A stretch of DNA of 64,000 nucleotides from Camelus dromedarius (Eukaryota): the NCBI RefSeq assembly GCF_036321535.1, contig NC_087437.1:55988001-56052000 (forward strand), in the 5' to 3' direction. The notes below the pieces were generated by a model. That model saw only the letters and a program-made list of their open reading frames with translations. It searched no databases and was not told the DNA's origin. Shown piece by piece: positions 27,573-39,860 of this stretch (the stretch's first letter is position 1; each line of letters starts with the position of its first letter). The position numbers and the translations under genes were made by a program.

Positions 27573-28004
27573 ATGTCACACTTATTCTGAAGTAATGTCT
27601 TAAAGATAATCTGTGCCAAACACCAAAAGAGTAAAGATAAGCATGACCGTAGAATATGGATTTAATTACATGGAAGATGAGGAAAGGAAGCACAGTCGAC
27701 TCACGTAAAGAGGGCAAATCCTATTGTTCTGGACAAATGAGCCCCTGGTAGATGATGATGGAAACAGAGTAGAACCCTAGGGCTCTCACTCATGTTGCAT
27801 GTGGGGGCCACTCTAGTCCTTGATGCTGTCCCTGGAGTAGCTTGTCACAGGGACCAGTAATGGCAAGTAATTAAAAATAAATATTTCAACACAATAACCT
27901 CACAGATGAGAATTTCCTTTACAGAAACAACAAGATGTGAAGACAAAGATTGTATAAAGGGATTTTTCTCAATAAAATTTACAGCTAAATAAAAAGAAGG
28001 TTAA

Positions 28005-28314
28005 CAACAACAAAAAGAAACAAAGCGTAAATACAAAACAGAAATAGACTCATAGACATAGAATACAAACTTGTGGTTGCCAAGGGGGCAGAGGGTGGAA
28101 AGGGATAGACGAGATTTCAAAAATGTAGAACAGATAAACAAGATTATACTGTATAGCACAGGGAAGTATACACAAGATCTTACAGTAGCTCACAGAGAAA
28201 AAAATGTGACAATGAATATATATATGTTCATGTATAACTGAAAAATTGTGCTCTACACTGGAATTTGACACAACATTGTAAAATGATTATAACTCAATAA
28301 AAAATGTTAAAAAA
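28005..28314 (+). mobile_element. Young camelid-type L1 3' end with poly(A) and TSD
   Basis: gactcatagacatagaatacaaacttgtggttgccaaggggg...ctcaataaaaaatgttaaaa; TSD aaaaagaaggttaa (27991-28004) / aaaaagagggttaa (28315-28328); homologous to the copy at 38969-39216. Confidence 0.9.
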
Positions 28315-28328
28315 AAAAAGAGGGTTAA

Positions 28329-28680
28329 ACTAATCAAATGCCCATTAGTGTGAATTAAGGAAAGTTGTGCTAATTTATATCATGAAACACTATGAAGCCA
28401 TTCTAATTAGTGTTGTAGAAGAAGATTTAAGAATATTGAAAAACTTTATGATACATTAGGGGCATAAAATACAGGTTATGTACAATATTAGCAAAGTGAT
28501 AACATTTTTGAAACAAATGCTCACAAGCATAGGTTAAAAAAAAGATTTGGAAAGATACCTCATCATGTTATCAACGACTATCATTGGGCATTGAGATTAT
28601 CTAATAATTTTCACTTTCTTCTTTTTACTTATCTCTATCCTTTAATCTTTTTGGAAGGCAGTGAATGCATATTATTAGAA
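28329..28680 (+). mobile_element. Old L1ME-type 3' end hosting the younger L1
   Basis: caaatgcccatt...cactatgaagccatt...tggaaagatac...ttttcactttcttcttttt. Confidence 0.55.
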
Positions 28681-29019
28681 GAGCAGAAACTATTCGATTT
28701 ATTTCAAGAACTGAATAGTCAAGGTTTGTTTTTCATCTTGAAACAAATATGCATTGTTTGAAGTTAAAAATCACTGTGGCTAAGAGTATTGGTGTCCCTG
28801 TCACTCAACCAGACTTGTTCCAACCCATCAGAACCAGCAGGCTAAGGCTGTGCCTACCATACACTTTCTCACATCCACAGCAACTTCTGTCCTCCCAACA
28901 TGCCACCGCGTTACCAGCTCAATGTCAGTTAAGTACCCACATCCCAACTACGTCTATTCTTAAGATCCCCAGACTCCTTCAATATGAACACAAATCTTCC
29001 TTCTACCATGTCTAACATG

Positions 29020-29540
29020 GTCACGTCTCATTCATGTTCCTCAGGCATCCACATGCTCTCCTAAATGTTTATCACTTCCAAAGTGGTGCATCTGCCTGAA
29101 ATCTTCAGGAGGAGCCCAAACCTGACTGCAGTCACTCTTAAGGGTCTTCTCTACTCTTCTCTGACAAGCAGCTACATCAGCTGACTCATTACTTCTTTAA
29201 CATGCTATGAACTTCCATCCGTACCCATTAGGGTTCCTCTGCTTTGAATCCCTGTCTTTAAGCCCCTTTGACATGGCACAGAAATCTACAAACATTCCAA
29301 GGAAGAACTCAGTCATCACTCCACATCCCTCTACGGCTACTAACCACGGTCAACTTCATTGCGCTCTTGTAGAACTGTGTTTTTACTCCACGCTGGTGCT
29401 TAAGACCACTTGCTTTTTATTGTAGATAGTGGAACCCATTTTCCTCTTTAGAGCACGGTTTTGCCTTATTCACTTTTTAGTCTCATAAGTATTTTTCTTA
29501 TAGTAGACACTCAAATAATAGTGGGCAGAATTGAAATGAT
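29020..29540 (+). mobile_element. L2 LINE fragments
   Basis: Ends with gccttattcacttttt...atagtagacactcaaataat...gaattgaaatga (L2 3' tail). Confidence 0.5.
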
Positions 29541-29711
29541 TCAGAATGTGAAAGAAAAACATCATAGACATTACAAATAAAAGGATAGAGTAGACCTTCC
29601 ATCTTTGTTCTCATCCGGCTGGCAATCAAAAGTACTGACTTTATGGGACTGAAAATCCAATGACTGTAAGATTCTACCTTTTTGTGGGGAGGAGGAAAAA
29701 GGAAGCTAGAG

Positions 29712-29895
29712 CAGTAGTTCCTAAACCCGGGGGCACAACAGACTCACCTAGGTAGATTTTATTAATTTATTTATTTTAACTTTTTGGATGCAGATGCCGG
29801 AGCCCAAAATAAGATCTACCAATTCAGACCTTCCCAGGCTGTGAGCCAAAATCCTAGGCTTTAAAAACCTTGGGATGATCTTGAGACATAGAGAT
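29712..29895. mobile_element. hAT-Charlie MITE (MER5-type)
   Basis: cagtagttcctaaacc...actcacctagg...atgcagatgccggagccc...ctaccaattcaga. Confidence 0.55.
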
Positions 29896-31619
29896 GCCTG
29901 GGACATCTGACCTAAGAATGTGTCTTTATGTTTCCCTGGTTTGGGATTCAATGACACTAAGAAAAGAAATACATAAGCTAAGCCATATTATTCAAAAACA
30001 AGAGGTAACTTTTTTGTTATTGATCTAGATTTGCCTTGTACTTATCACAGATTGCTTATTTCATCCTTCCTGGTGCATATAGGTCTTCTGATTCCCCATA
30101 TTCACCAACCTGGAGGTGCCTCGAAGACCGTATGACACAGAAGAGGTCAAGTTTCACCAATGCAGCTCTCTTCATTTGTCATATTTTTTCTTCTTGTTTT
30201 TAAACCACAATGATTCAAGAGTTTTTGTTTAAAAACTCATTTCTGTTAATTTTAAGGAAAATGTTTTGGAAATAAGGACCTGAGATTTTGCTCCATTTTA
30301 TTAGAGATCTTTTTACCTGCTTGTTATTGATGGGCTCTGACATTAATAACTAAGTACATTAAAAAAGAGAGAGACAGAGACAGAGAAAGTAAAGCTTAAG
30401 CTTGATATTACATCTTTTGGCCTATTTCAAAGCTATTATTTTCCATCTCTTTGGCTAACTGTATAGAGGCATGTAATCACATCAAATATTCGCACAAATA
30501 TTCTCCTGGAGCAGCTTATTGTGTTTGAAGACTTAGGGTCTGATTGGACTACAGGGACAACAGCTGAAGATCAGCTGCAACATATTTTGGGAGCACTGTT
30601 TTTTTTCTGGATCAGTATCATATCATTCACAAGTTAAAAAGAATAAAAAAGTCTTGTGAGAGACAGGAAAGGGATTCTCCTTGTTGCTTCCTATCTACAT
30701 GTTCTCCTGCCCCTAAGACCTTCCAGAGGAACAACAACAACAAAAAATAGCTTTGCAGGTGTGTGCATGGCTTGTGTGTGGATAGCATTTCAAGAGCTAA
30801 ACCATCGCCTGGCACAGCAGTATTGGAATTTGCCTCAGACTCTGGCTTCAAATTACAGAAGACGTGAGTAAGGGCACGTCCATGACTCAGTCCTCAACCC
30901 TTGCCAAAGTAGTAGTTTTCTAGAAAGAAAACTACAGTGGGGAAAGAAAACCCAGAAAGTCAGAAAAGAGAAGAGGAAAAAAAACTGCTCTGCACGTTCA
31001 GAACTCGTGCTTATAACTAAATCTTGGCAGTGCCATCCGGTGCATAGAATCAGCATTTAGGACAGAGAAATATACATCCTGACCTAGCATGTCTGTGTGT
31101 CTACACAGTTATTTTCAATCACAATAATTACACTCTGTGCATGGTGCTTGCACATAAATAAAACCAGATGTTTAAGATGTGGTTCAACCTCTGTATTCAT
31201 TCTTTCACATCTATGCCTGCCCTCCCTCACTACTCTCAAGAAATTGGCTTTTTGCCTTAATGGCAGGGGAGAGGAGAGAATTAAAAAAAAAAATAGTGCT
31301 GGGGTTGTGGGCTTACTTTTCTCTTGATGAGCAATTGATGATGTGTGGTGATTACAACTGGCTTTCATGACCTCTTTGTAGTTTTCTTGAGGCAGTTGGG
31401 ACCCTAAAAGGATTATTTATTCATTATGCTATCAATTTATCAACCATCAAGACAACTGTGTTGTCAGTTACAGAGAAGCATGCCTTAAACCTCACTCTCT
31501 GACACATGAGCACAGGAAATACACATACACAAATACACGTTACTTGACACTTGAATGTGTTAATAAATATGGACAGAATGGTTTCATGGAATCAAAGTCA
31601 TTAGGTCTGCCTCCTGTAA

Positions 31620-31876
31620 TGCACTGTTCAGTATGTGTTCTGAAGCATACCTGTTCCACAAAACATGAAAGATTTTGTAGGATTTAAATACTTTTGAGAA
31701 AGGCAGGGTTACGCTAAGTTAAATGGGTTTCTTTAGTGTGGAACTTTCAGAGATGCACGTTGTGAATCTTCAAATAAGCCAAATCGTATATACTCTCTCT
31801 CAAAGCTAGTTGGCTCGGAGTCTTGTGGACTATCTTGTGAGGGTAGTGCTCTCCAGGGCATGCTGTGAGAAATGCT
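31620..31876. mobile_element. hAT-Charlie MITE (MER103C-like)
   Basis: gggttacgctaagttaaatgggtttcttta...gttgtgaatcttcaa...tgtgagaaatgct. Confidence 0.55.
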
Positions 31877-31879
31877 AAT

Positions 31880-32780
31880 CTAAATTAACCCAAGATATTT
31901 GTCCAGTCTCTGGTTGAATGTTTCCTGTGTGAAGAAAATCACTGCTTTCCAAAAAAGTCCATTCTGCCCTACAAAAGATCTAAGTCAAACATAACTTTTC
32001 TAACATGGAACCATAATCTACTTCCCTATAACTTCCACCACTGCTCCTGGTTTTGTACTTTGGAAGAACAAAAACAGGAGTAATGTAATCCCTTCTTTCC
32101 GTGATAGATTTTCAGATATTTGAAGGCAACAATTACATTCCCACGTGGTCTTCTATTATGCAGGAAAAAAAAATCTCCAGTTTTTCAATGGCTGTGTCAG
32201 ATTACCTGCTCTAATCCTCTCTGAGTGTCTTCTTCAAGAGAAGGCAGCCAGAAATGAACATAAATTCAGACATGTTTCCATCGATGAAGTCCTAGATCTC
32301 ATTAGTTTTTGTCTGGCAGACATGTCTTATTGATTCCCATTAATTTACTCAAACTTTTGAGTCCTTCTCATAAATTTCACGGCAACATGTGTATATATGC
32401 ATGAGTTTTTTTGAGGAATGCTAGGAAAACACAAGTCTGCTAGATTTCATTTGCCCTCCATCACAGAAACTCTTCTATACAATAAAATGGTTCTCTTTTC
32501 TGAGTTATCTTATCCCAGGTTCATGCACACTTTATCATTTTAAGAGAATGGGGTTTACTGGCATTTACTACTAGGGTCCGCCTTCCAATATAATACTAAC
32601 TTACTATTTGACACCATAGAAATCCTTTCAAGTTATTATAAACCCACATAATGCCAATCGGAAAACATTTCTCTAGCTGGTCATGAATATTAGAATATAT
32701 TAAAAGACACTGTCAAACGTCTTCTGAAATTAAGATATTAATTTGTAGCCATTTCCTGGCCTGCAAACCCAAGTAGCCAG
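31880..32780 (-). mobile_element. L3/CR1 LINE fragments
   Basis: aatctacttccctataacttccacca...aatcccttcttt...ttcagatatttgaaggcaac; further piece gacactgtcaaacgtcttctgaaatt near 32705. Confidence 0.65.
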
Positions 32781-33123
32781 TCTCCTACTTGTAGATCATG
32801 CAGTTCTTATTAATTCATCATCTATGGCATCAATAATTTACAGTCATATAATTTGCTATGTTATGAATGTTGTGAGAATAGGACAATGTTAATTGCAATT
32901 GATGTAGGTGCAGGTTAGGATCTGAAGGAAGTAGGCTGTCAATAGCTGACAAGTCTCTTTGAATGACGAGAGAATAAGGAAAATGAAGAAAAAACATCAA
33001 CATAGTCTTGATGAGAAGCAACCAGTACACAGCAAGGCTTTTGTTTCTGTTTTTTCTCAATAAAAAATGGGAATGGGAAATGAGGTAATACAGAATTTTA
33101 TAGCATTAAAAAAAAAAATGTCA

Positions 33124-33240
33124 GGGGTGGAGGTGTATAGCTCAGTGGTAGAGCATGTCCTTAGTATGCCTGAGGCCCTGGGTTCAATCCCCAGTACCTC
33201 CATTAACAAAAATAAAAATACAAGTAAGAAATATTAAAAA
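33124..33240 (+). mobile_element. Camelid tRNA-derived SINE (Vic-1 type)
   Basis: A-box tagctcagtgg, B-box ggttcaatcc, then cagtacctcc and A-rich tail; flanks share atgtca (33118-33123 / 33248-33253). Confidence 0.9.
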
Positions 33241-34024
33241 ATAAGCCATGTCATTTCACTCTTTGCTCAAACAACACACTTTTAAGATGAAAAGGGTTAA
33301 ATAATTTGCCTAATCTTCTCTACCACCAGACTACTCAGTTAAAAAAATAAAAACAAATAGATAAAAATCCTGGGTACTTAGTAGAGGCAATAACAAGTTT
33401 ACGAAGAGTTGATTCTGCCGAGCTATAGCTTAGTCTACTTTCTCTTAAAAAATTAAAAGACACAAAGGAAAATTGCCATTTGGCAAAGTCAAGTGTCTTA
33501 TTGTTGCTGATCTGCAAAATCCCCAATGATTTAATTGCAACACAGAAAATGATAAATATCTGCAATACATGTTTGTCATTTTAAGAACAAATATTACTTT
33601 CAAATCACTTTTTCTCCCTGGGATTTACTTTGCCAGGTTTCAGCCCACAGTGAATTCTTGCAGCTGGGTTAGGATCCCCCAAGAAAGGGCGTTTAAAACA
33701 GAAATGCTGAGGGAGGCATTTCAACCAAGGGAGGCGTTTCAGCTGCGGAGGAGAATGGAAAGTTTCTAAGCACAAGGTTTTCCCCTTTCGGGCCCGGGAA
33801 TGCCATCTTGCAAAGCTTCTCCATTTGTTCTATTCATGCTTCCACAAGAGTCAGATCTTGCAAAACAAAACAAAACAAAAAACAAGCAAACAAAAAAACC
33901 TCAGTTCTAGGGGGAACACACTTGTGCTCCTAGTAACAGACAGTCTCAAAAATAAAGGAAAAACAGACAGGCAGAAGAAGCAAATCAATAAAGTTTAAAA
34001 CCAGTGAACCATTACCACAGGGTA

Positions 34025-34160
34025 ATCATTTTAGCTAACATTTATTGAGACCTTGCTTTGTACTTAGCATTATTGTTCTTCTTGAAGGAAGTAATATTAT
34101 ACATTGTTTTGCACAAATACAAACTGAAATCAGAGAGGTTATTAATTTGATTAAGAACAT
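34025..34160 (-). mobile_element. MIR fragment
   Basis: agctaacatttattgag...aaactgaaatcagagaggtt. Confidence 0.55.
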
Positions 34161-34249
34161 GTGGTGTATGTAAGTGTGTGTGAGTATACATACGTGTGTA
34201 TACATATGTGTGTGCATGTGTGCATATTCATGCATATACGTAATCTCTA

Positions 34250-35285
34250 CTGAGGAATAATTGGTGATCAATAAATTGAACCTATTAAAGAACACAATGT
34301 GAATTATAACATATATTCACCTATGAAAGCACATTATAATCAAAATAATGAATATGTCCATCATCCCTAAAAGTTTCCTTGAATCTCTTTGTAATCCATC
34401 TCTTTCCCTCTTTTCATTCTGAGGCCACCACTGATCTGCTTTCTATCCTATGAGTTAGTTTGCATTTTTAAATAATTTTATAAAAAAGGAGTTATGCAGC
34501 ACATAGTTTTTTACCTGGCTTATTTTACTCAGCAGACACAGTTTGAGATGCAACCAAATCAATGGTTTATTTCTTTTCATTGCTAAGTAGTAGTCCATTG
34601 TATGGCATACCGCCGTTTGTTTTACTGCATAGTTGTTGATGGACATTTCATTCCAGTCATTAACAATACAAACAGAGCTGCTAAAAAACATTCAGGTACA
34701 AGTCTTTAATTTCTCTAAGGATGTTGAGCATCTTTTCAAATACTTATTTGCTATCTATATATCATCTTTCCTGTGTTTTTTTTTTTGATTGGATTGTATC
34801 CTTATTATTGAATTATAAAGGTTTTGTATATACTTCAGATACATGTCCTTTGTCAGATACATATTTTGCAAATAATTTCCCCCAGGCCATGGCTGTCTTC
34901 TCATTTTAATTACACTGTCTTTTGAAGAGCAGTCCTTTTAAATTCTGATGAGGTCCAATTTGTTTTTCTTGTATAGTTTGTGCATTTCATTTCCTATTTA
35001 AGAAATAATCACCAAATTCAAAGTTTTTACTATGATTTCTCTCCTATATTTTCTTATAGAAGTTTTATATTTGTAATTCTTATACTTAGGTCTATAATCC
35101 ATTAGAGTTAATTTTTGCATATGGTGTGAGATAAGGACTGACTTTCTTTTTTTTTGCACATGGTTGTCCAATTTTTCCATCACCATTTGCTGAAAAAATT
35201 AGTGTTTCCCCATTCAATCACCATGGGCTCTTAGTTAAAAATCAACTGACCATATATATAGGCATTTATATCTGGACCCTATTAT
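34250..35285 (-). mobile_element. L1MC-type LINE, 3' ~1 kb
   Basis: ccaccactgatctgctttct...ttgctaagtagtagtccattgtatgg...gatgttgagcatctttt...tttttgcatatggtgtgagataagg. Confidence 0.85.
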
Positions 35286-36910
35286 GTTAATGCTCTTAAC
35301 CACTACTCAGCTTTACACTCCGGGCCCTCTAGCAGAACAGTGAGGTCACTGAAATAATGCCTAATCAGAGCCCCCGCCACTCCCACCAATACTGTGGTTT
35401 CTAAATGCCTAATTTACAGTTTAGGCAATGACAGCATCTGGTGTATATAATTATGGTGTTAAAAGAAGATCATAGCCTGAAGAACCTATATTTTGAATAA
35501 TCTGCAGGTGGACTGGCCTGGTCTCTGAAGATCTAGTAGAGTCATCACTTGCTACTCAGACTGACCTGACAGCTCTCATCAGAAGAGATACCCAGCTCTG
35601 TTGTGTCTTTGGGGTGTGGGGAGGGTGTGGGAGAGGGTGTGGAGAAGATCATAGAGTCTCAGAACTAAAGAGATACTCCTGTGCTTGCAGCTTGACACTA
35701 GGATCACCATTATAACATATGACATCTTCACTAAATTATCAAGCTTTCGTGGACTCCTACAGAAAGGCCAACACCTCTCCCTCCCCTCCCCAAGGGTGCC
35801 CTTTTACTATGGACAATACTCTTTCTCAGACGGTGCAATTTCTATGATCCTGAAATTTTCACCTATGAATTCAACTTTTGTATCCCACATGGATACTACC
35901 TGCTTGGCTAGCACACATATGAAGACACAAGCAGGTCTAATCTGCCCTAATCTCCCCACCCAACCCAGTGTCACAGGTTGGAACTAAGGAAATTAACCTT
36001 AATATTCCCCCTTCTTCACTTTACAGAGTTGCACACCCCTTATCACCTTGTTCTCCATCTTGAATAGCTCTCCTTTTACAATATCCTTTTTAAATGGTTA
36101 GCTCAAAACTGAGCACAATTCTACACGGGCATCACATGGTAAGAACACTGACCTCTGTGCCCATAAACAAGCTTCAATAGGACATTTTAGAGTTAGGAAT
36201 AATCACAAGATGCACATAATATATGGTCTTGTGTTCAGTCATCTCCTTACTTATCCAAGTTTGTTTCAGTTTGGATAAAAGCTGAACATTTTTCAAGTTG
36301 ATTCTTCTTCTGCCAAAGAGTGATGTTATATTTAATTTTTGTAAAACTAAGTTTGAAAAATTGAAAGTTACATTAATGTGCTTTTAATTACACCCTTTTT
36401 ACTTGAATAACAACCATGATAACAACTTTTTTTTTTTTCCAATTCATCTAACAAGGACCTTAGATGCTAAACAAAATGTAAGAAAAATTCTGGGATAGGA
36501 ACTCTTGCCAAATACAGTGTTATTTTTCTCTTTCTCTAGTTTCATTAAATATCCGAAGGCCCAGTACTTAGATACATAAGGCATCTGCTAATTACATTGC
36601 AAGAGTCAGGCAATGGTCATAGTTATATTTCACAAAACTATTACAATCTCTTGAAGGAAGTCAAAGATTATCATGTGGGCACTGAGGCAAGTATGAATTA
36701 AATAGACTCTGGTTTCCAAAAAGGGAATATGGAATACAATATCATTCTGAATTTTACCCTTCTGGCTTTACTGATGGATATTTTTGGTGGACAATAAAAA
36801 TAATCTTCATAAAGAAAATTCATGGAATACAGCTCTAAAAAGAGCTTATATCTTTTTTTCCTTCTTGGCATGTATCATACTTTGTCATTTGTAATGTGTG
36901 TGTTTAGTTG

Positions 36911-37063
36911 TGCTGTGGATGAAATGTATGTGTTCTCCCCAAAATTCATATGTTGAAGCTGTAACCCCAGTGTGGCTGTATTTGGAGATAGGGCCTCTAA
37001 GAAAGTCATTAAGGTCAAATGAGGTCAAGAGGGTGGGACCCTGACCCACCAGATTGGTGTCCT
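36911..37063 (+). mobile_element. MaLR LTR 5' part (MLT1A-like), truncated
   Basis: tgctgtgg...ccccaaaattcatatgttgaag...gtatttggagatagggcct...ttggtgtcct. Confidence 0.8.
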
Positions 37064-37067
37064 ATGG

Positions 37068-38237
37068 ATCTGGCTATAAATCAGAGGTTCTCACAACCCC
37101 TCCTGAAGGAGGAATAGTGAAATGGCTGCACTTAAGCTAACAGATTTCTGCCTTTATGCTTGACCTTACAACGGTCAACAAACCTGACCGACTGGTCACT
37201 ACGCACAGCTCCAGGGCAATTGTTCAAACTAAAGCTATTGTTCTTACCGTTTCTACTTTATTCCAGTCATCAAAAGTTATAGTCATGCTTGGCTTCTAAG
37301 TTGTTCTCCTGGAAGAAGGTCACAGAGCTGTAACCCTACAAAATAGGCTAAATTATCAAAAAGAATCAAGATGAAAGGATTGAAGAAGTGACAATTACTA
37401 GCCTCTACAGAACTGGTCGCCTGAAACACCATGACGCCATTCTAAAACTTACGATGAGAAAATGAGTCTGCTGGTTGTTATCTTTGTTTATTGTTTAAGC
37501 TATGGCTATAGAATCACCCTGCCCCATCTCTAAGGTGGGTTCACAGTTTTGAAGGCACTAGCCTGCTGGGAGTCCCCTTTGCCCAGCAAATCAATAAAGC
37601 TGCCTCTTTTCTTCGAAGCTCCAAGACTCTGTCGCTGAGTTATCTGGCTTGCCAGGGACGGGGACCCATCTTTCGGCAGTATTCCTTGAATCTGACTAAC
37701 TTGCTAGAGTAGCTCACAGAACTCAGGAAACCCCTTTACTCACTAGATTACTAATTTATTATAAAAGGATGTGACTCAGGAAGAGAGGCAGAGGGCAAGG
37801 TATGAGGGGAGGGGCAGAGCTTCCATGCCCTCTCCAGTCACGCTCTCTCTGCATCTCCACGTTTCACCTACCAGGAAGTTCTTGGAACCCTGTCCTTTTA
37901 GGGTTTTATGGAGGCTTCAGTCCATAAGCATGATTGATCAAATCATTGGCCACTGGCGATTGCTCAATCTCCAGCCCCTCTCCCCACCCTGCAGGAGGGG
38001 TGGGAGCTGGGGCTGAAAGTTTCAACTCTCTAATCACCTGGTTGGTTCTCCTGGCAACCAGCTCGCATCCTTAGTTTATCCTTAGGCTTTCTAAGAGTCA
38101 CCTCATTCACATAACAAAAGACACCTTTTATCACAGGAAATTCCAGGAGATTTTGGAGCTGTGAGCCAGGAACTGGAAAAACACCAAATATACATGAAAA
38201 ACATTTATTTGGTCATCTAATAAGTCATAATATTACA
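37068..38237 (-). mobile_element. MER21-like LTR, interrupted by a younger LTR at 37104-37681
   Basis: ggctataaatcagaggttctcacaacccctcc | ttgctagagtagctcacagaactcagg...gagcttccatgccctctcc...aaatcattggcca...ggaaattcca...tattaca. Confidence 0.75.
37104..37681 (+). mobile_element. ERV1-type solo LTR (578 bp)
   Basis: Starts TGAAGG; AATAAA at 37593-37598; ends tttcggcagta; 4-bp TSD ctcc/ttcc; MER21-like sequence resumes on both sides. Confidence 0.8.
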
Positions 38238-38946
38238 CTCTGAAAGGCCGTATCTGTAGGAAACAAATTTCAAGAAGGTGTGGGTGATAATCTGGGTTAA
38301 TTCATCCCTCTTTAAGAAATTTAAACTGTAATTAAGCTTCTAGTCACTAACAGAAACGATGGAGACTTTTTTCCTAGCTGCAGGCCACTGGATGCCTTAA
38401 ACCTGCCAGCGCAGTCTGTTTCCCTGAGTCCAGGAGACTGGATTAGAAAAGCACATGCAGCTGCTCAGGCCCCACACTTCCTCTGCCTGGGGAAGGTCCT
38501 CAGAGCCACAATCTGCCCACACACTGCTCCGTCTCACACAGGCTACACTTCCCAGGCCTCAAGAGCTCAGACAGAACCACCCCCCTCGCCACAGGCTAGA
38601 GACATGTCTTTGGAAAATGTGACCTCATTCAGGGTAACTTGGGTTCATTTACAGCGGAGAGACGTGATGAAGTGACTGCCAACCTTCAGCCAAGGGAGGA
38701 GAGGGGAGAGAGGAGTCAGAGCAGAGCATAAAGAGGTGGAACTCAGAACTACCTAGAAATCAATTTTGAAACATCTGGAAGGTCTGACTTTAAATTTCTT
38801 ATCCTGCCTCCTTTTATATAGGGATGGGTGGTTGAAAGTCTTGACACTCAAGGTGTGCTTCCTCAGACCAGAAGCAAAGACATCACTTGGGAACTTGTTC
38901 GAAATGCTAAACTCAGGCTTCATCTCCCGCCAGACTGAATGGAAAC

Positions 38947-39860
38947 TGCTGCCAGCGACTAAGTTCTTTTTTTTTTTTTTAACATTTTTTTATTGAGTTA
39001 TAGTCATTTTACAATGTTGTGTCAAATTCCAGTGTACAGCACAGTTTTTCAGTTACATATGAATATACGTATATTCATTGTCACCTTTTTTTTCACTGTG
39101 AGCTACCACAAGATCTTGTATATATACAGTATAATCTTGTTTATCTATTCTGTACATGCCTGTCAGTATCTACAAATTTTGAAATCCCAGTCTGTCCCTT
39201 CCCACCTCCTGCCCCCTGATTAGGTTCTTGTCTCATCGCAGAAAGAATTCAGAGATGAGACACGGAGATCAAGAAAGTAAAGTGAGGATTTATTAAGGAA
39301 TAGATAGTACACTCTCAAAGGGAGAGCGGGCAGGCTCCGGTGAGCAGCTGCCCTGAGTTTCTTTGGCAAGTTGGTTACATGAAGTGTGAAAGTGAATGGG
39401 CAGAGTATTGACTGGGGAGGGAAAGGTTTGGGGTCATATGCCTGATTTTCATCCCAGCTCCACCTTCCCAAAAGGAAGAGGGATTTTTTCCCCTATTTAA
39501 TCTGAATCAGAAGTGTCATGGCATCAGTGGCATCAGTACAAAATGGGTACTTCTAATCTGCAAGGCTAATTTTATTGAAATGAGAGCACAATGAGCAAAA
39601 GTTTACATTTATGCACTAGAGATTCCTGCCTCTTCTCACCTTTCTTTGTTGGCCTCCAAGACACTTGTTACTCCAAAATGTGTGATTTCTTATCAGTCCA
39701 GAGGTTCCTGCTTTTCTTTGTCTGCCCAAGGACCCCTGTTGTTTGCATGATGTATGGTTTCCTGCTTTTGGCCCATGCCCCTCCTTTTTGCCCAATTCCT
39801 GCCATTCGGCCCGCATTCCCCCTTTCTCTGCTCATATCTAGCTATCTGCCTGCTCTGACA
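38947..39860 (-). mobile_element. ERV1-type solo LTR (~650 bp without the inserted L1)
   Basis: TG...CA termini on the minus strand; minus-strand AATAAA (plus tttatt 39289-39294); 4-bp TSD aaac/atac. Confidence 0.8.
38969..39216 (-). mobile_element. Young camelid-type L1 3' end inserted in the LTR
   Basis: Poly(T) plus the reverse complement of the 28 kb element; TSD cgactaagttctt (38956-38968) / tgattaggttctt (39217-39229). Confidence 0.9.

Noticed and set aside
30759..30863. Possible plus-strand exon ending at gtgagt
   Set aside because: Acceptor is preceded by A-rich rather than pyrimidine-rich sequence; peptide not recognised
33124..33205. Possible tRNA gene (also 59520-59590)
   Set aside because: No proper acceptor stem; A-rich tail and TSD show a tRNA-derived SINE
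34721..35186. ORFs with L1 ORF2-like wording
   Set aside because: Decayed L1MC sequence with stops and frameshifts, not a gene
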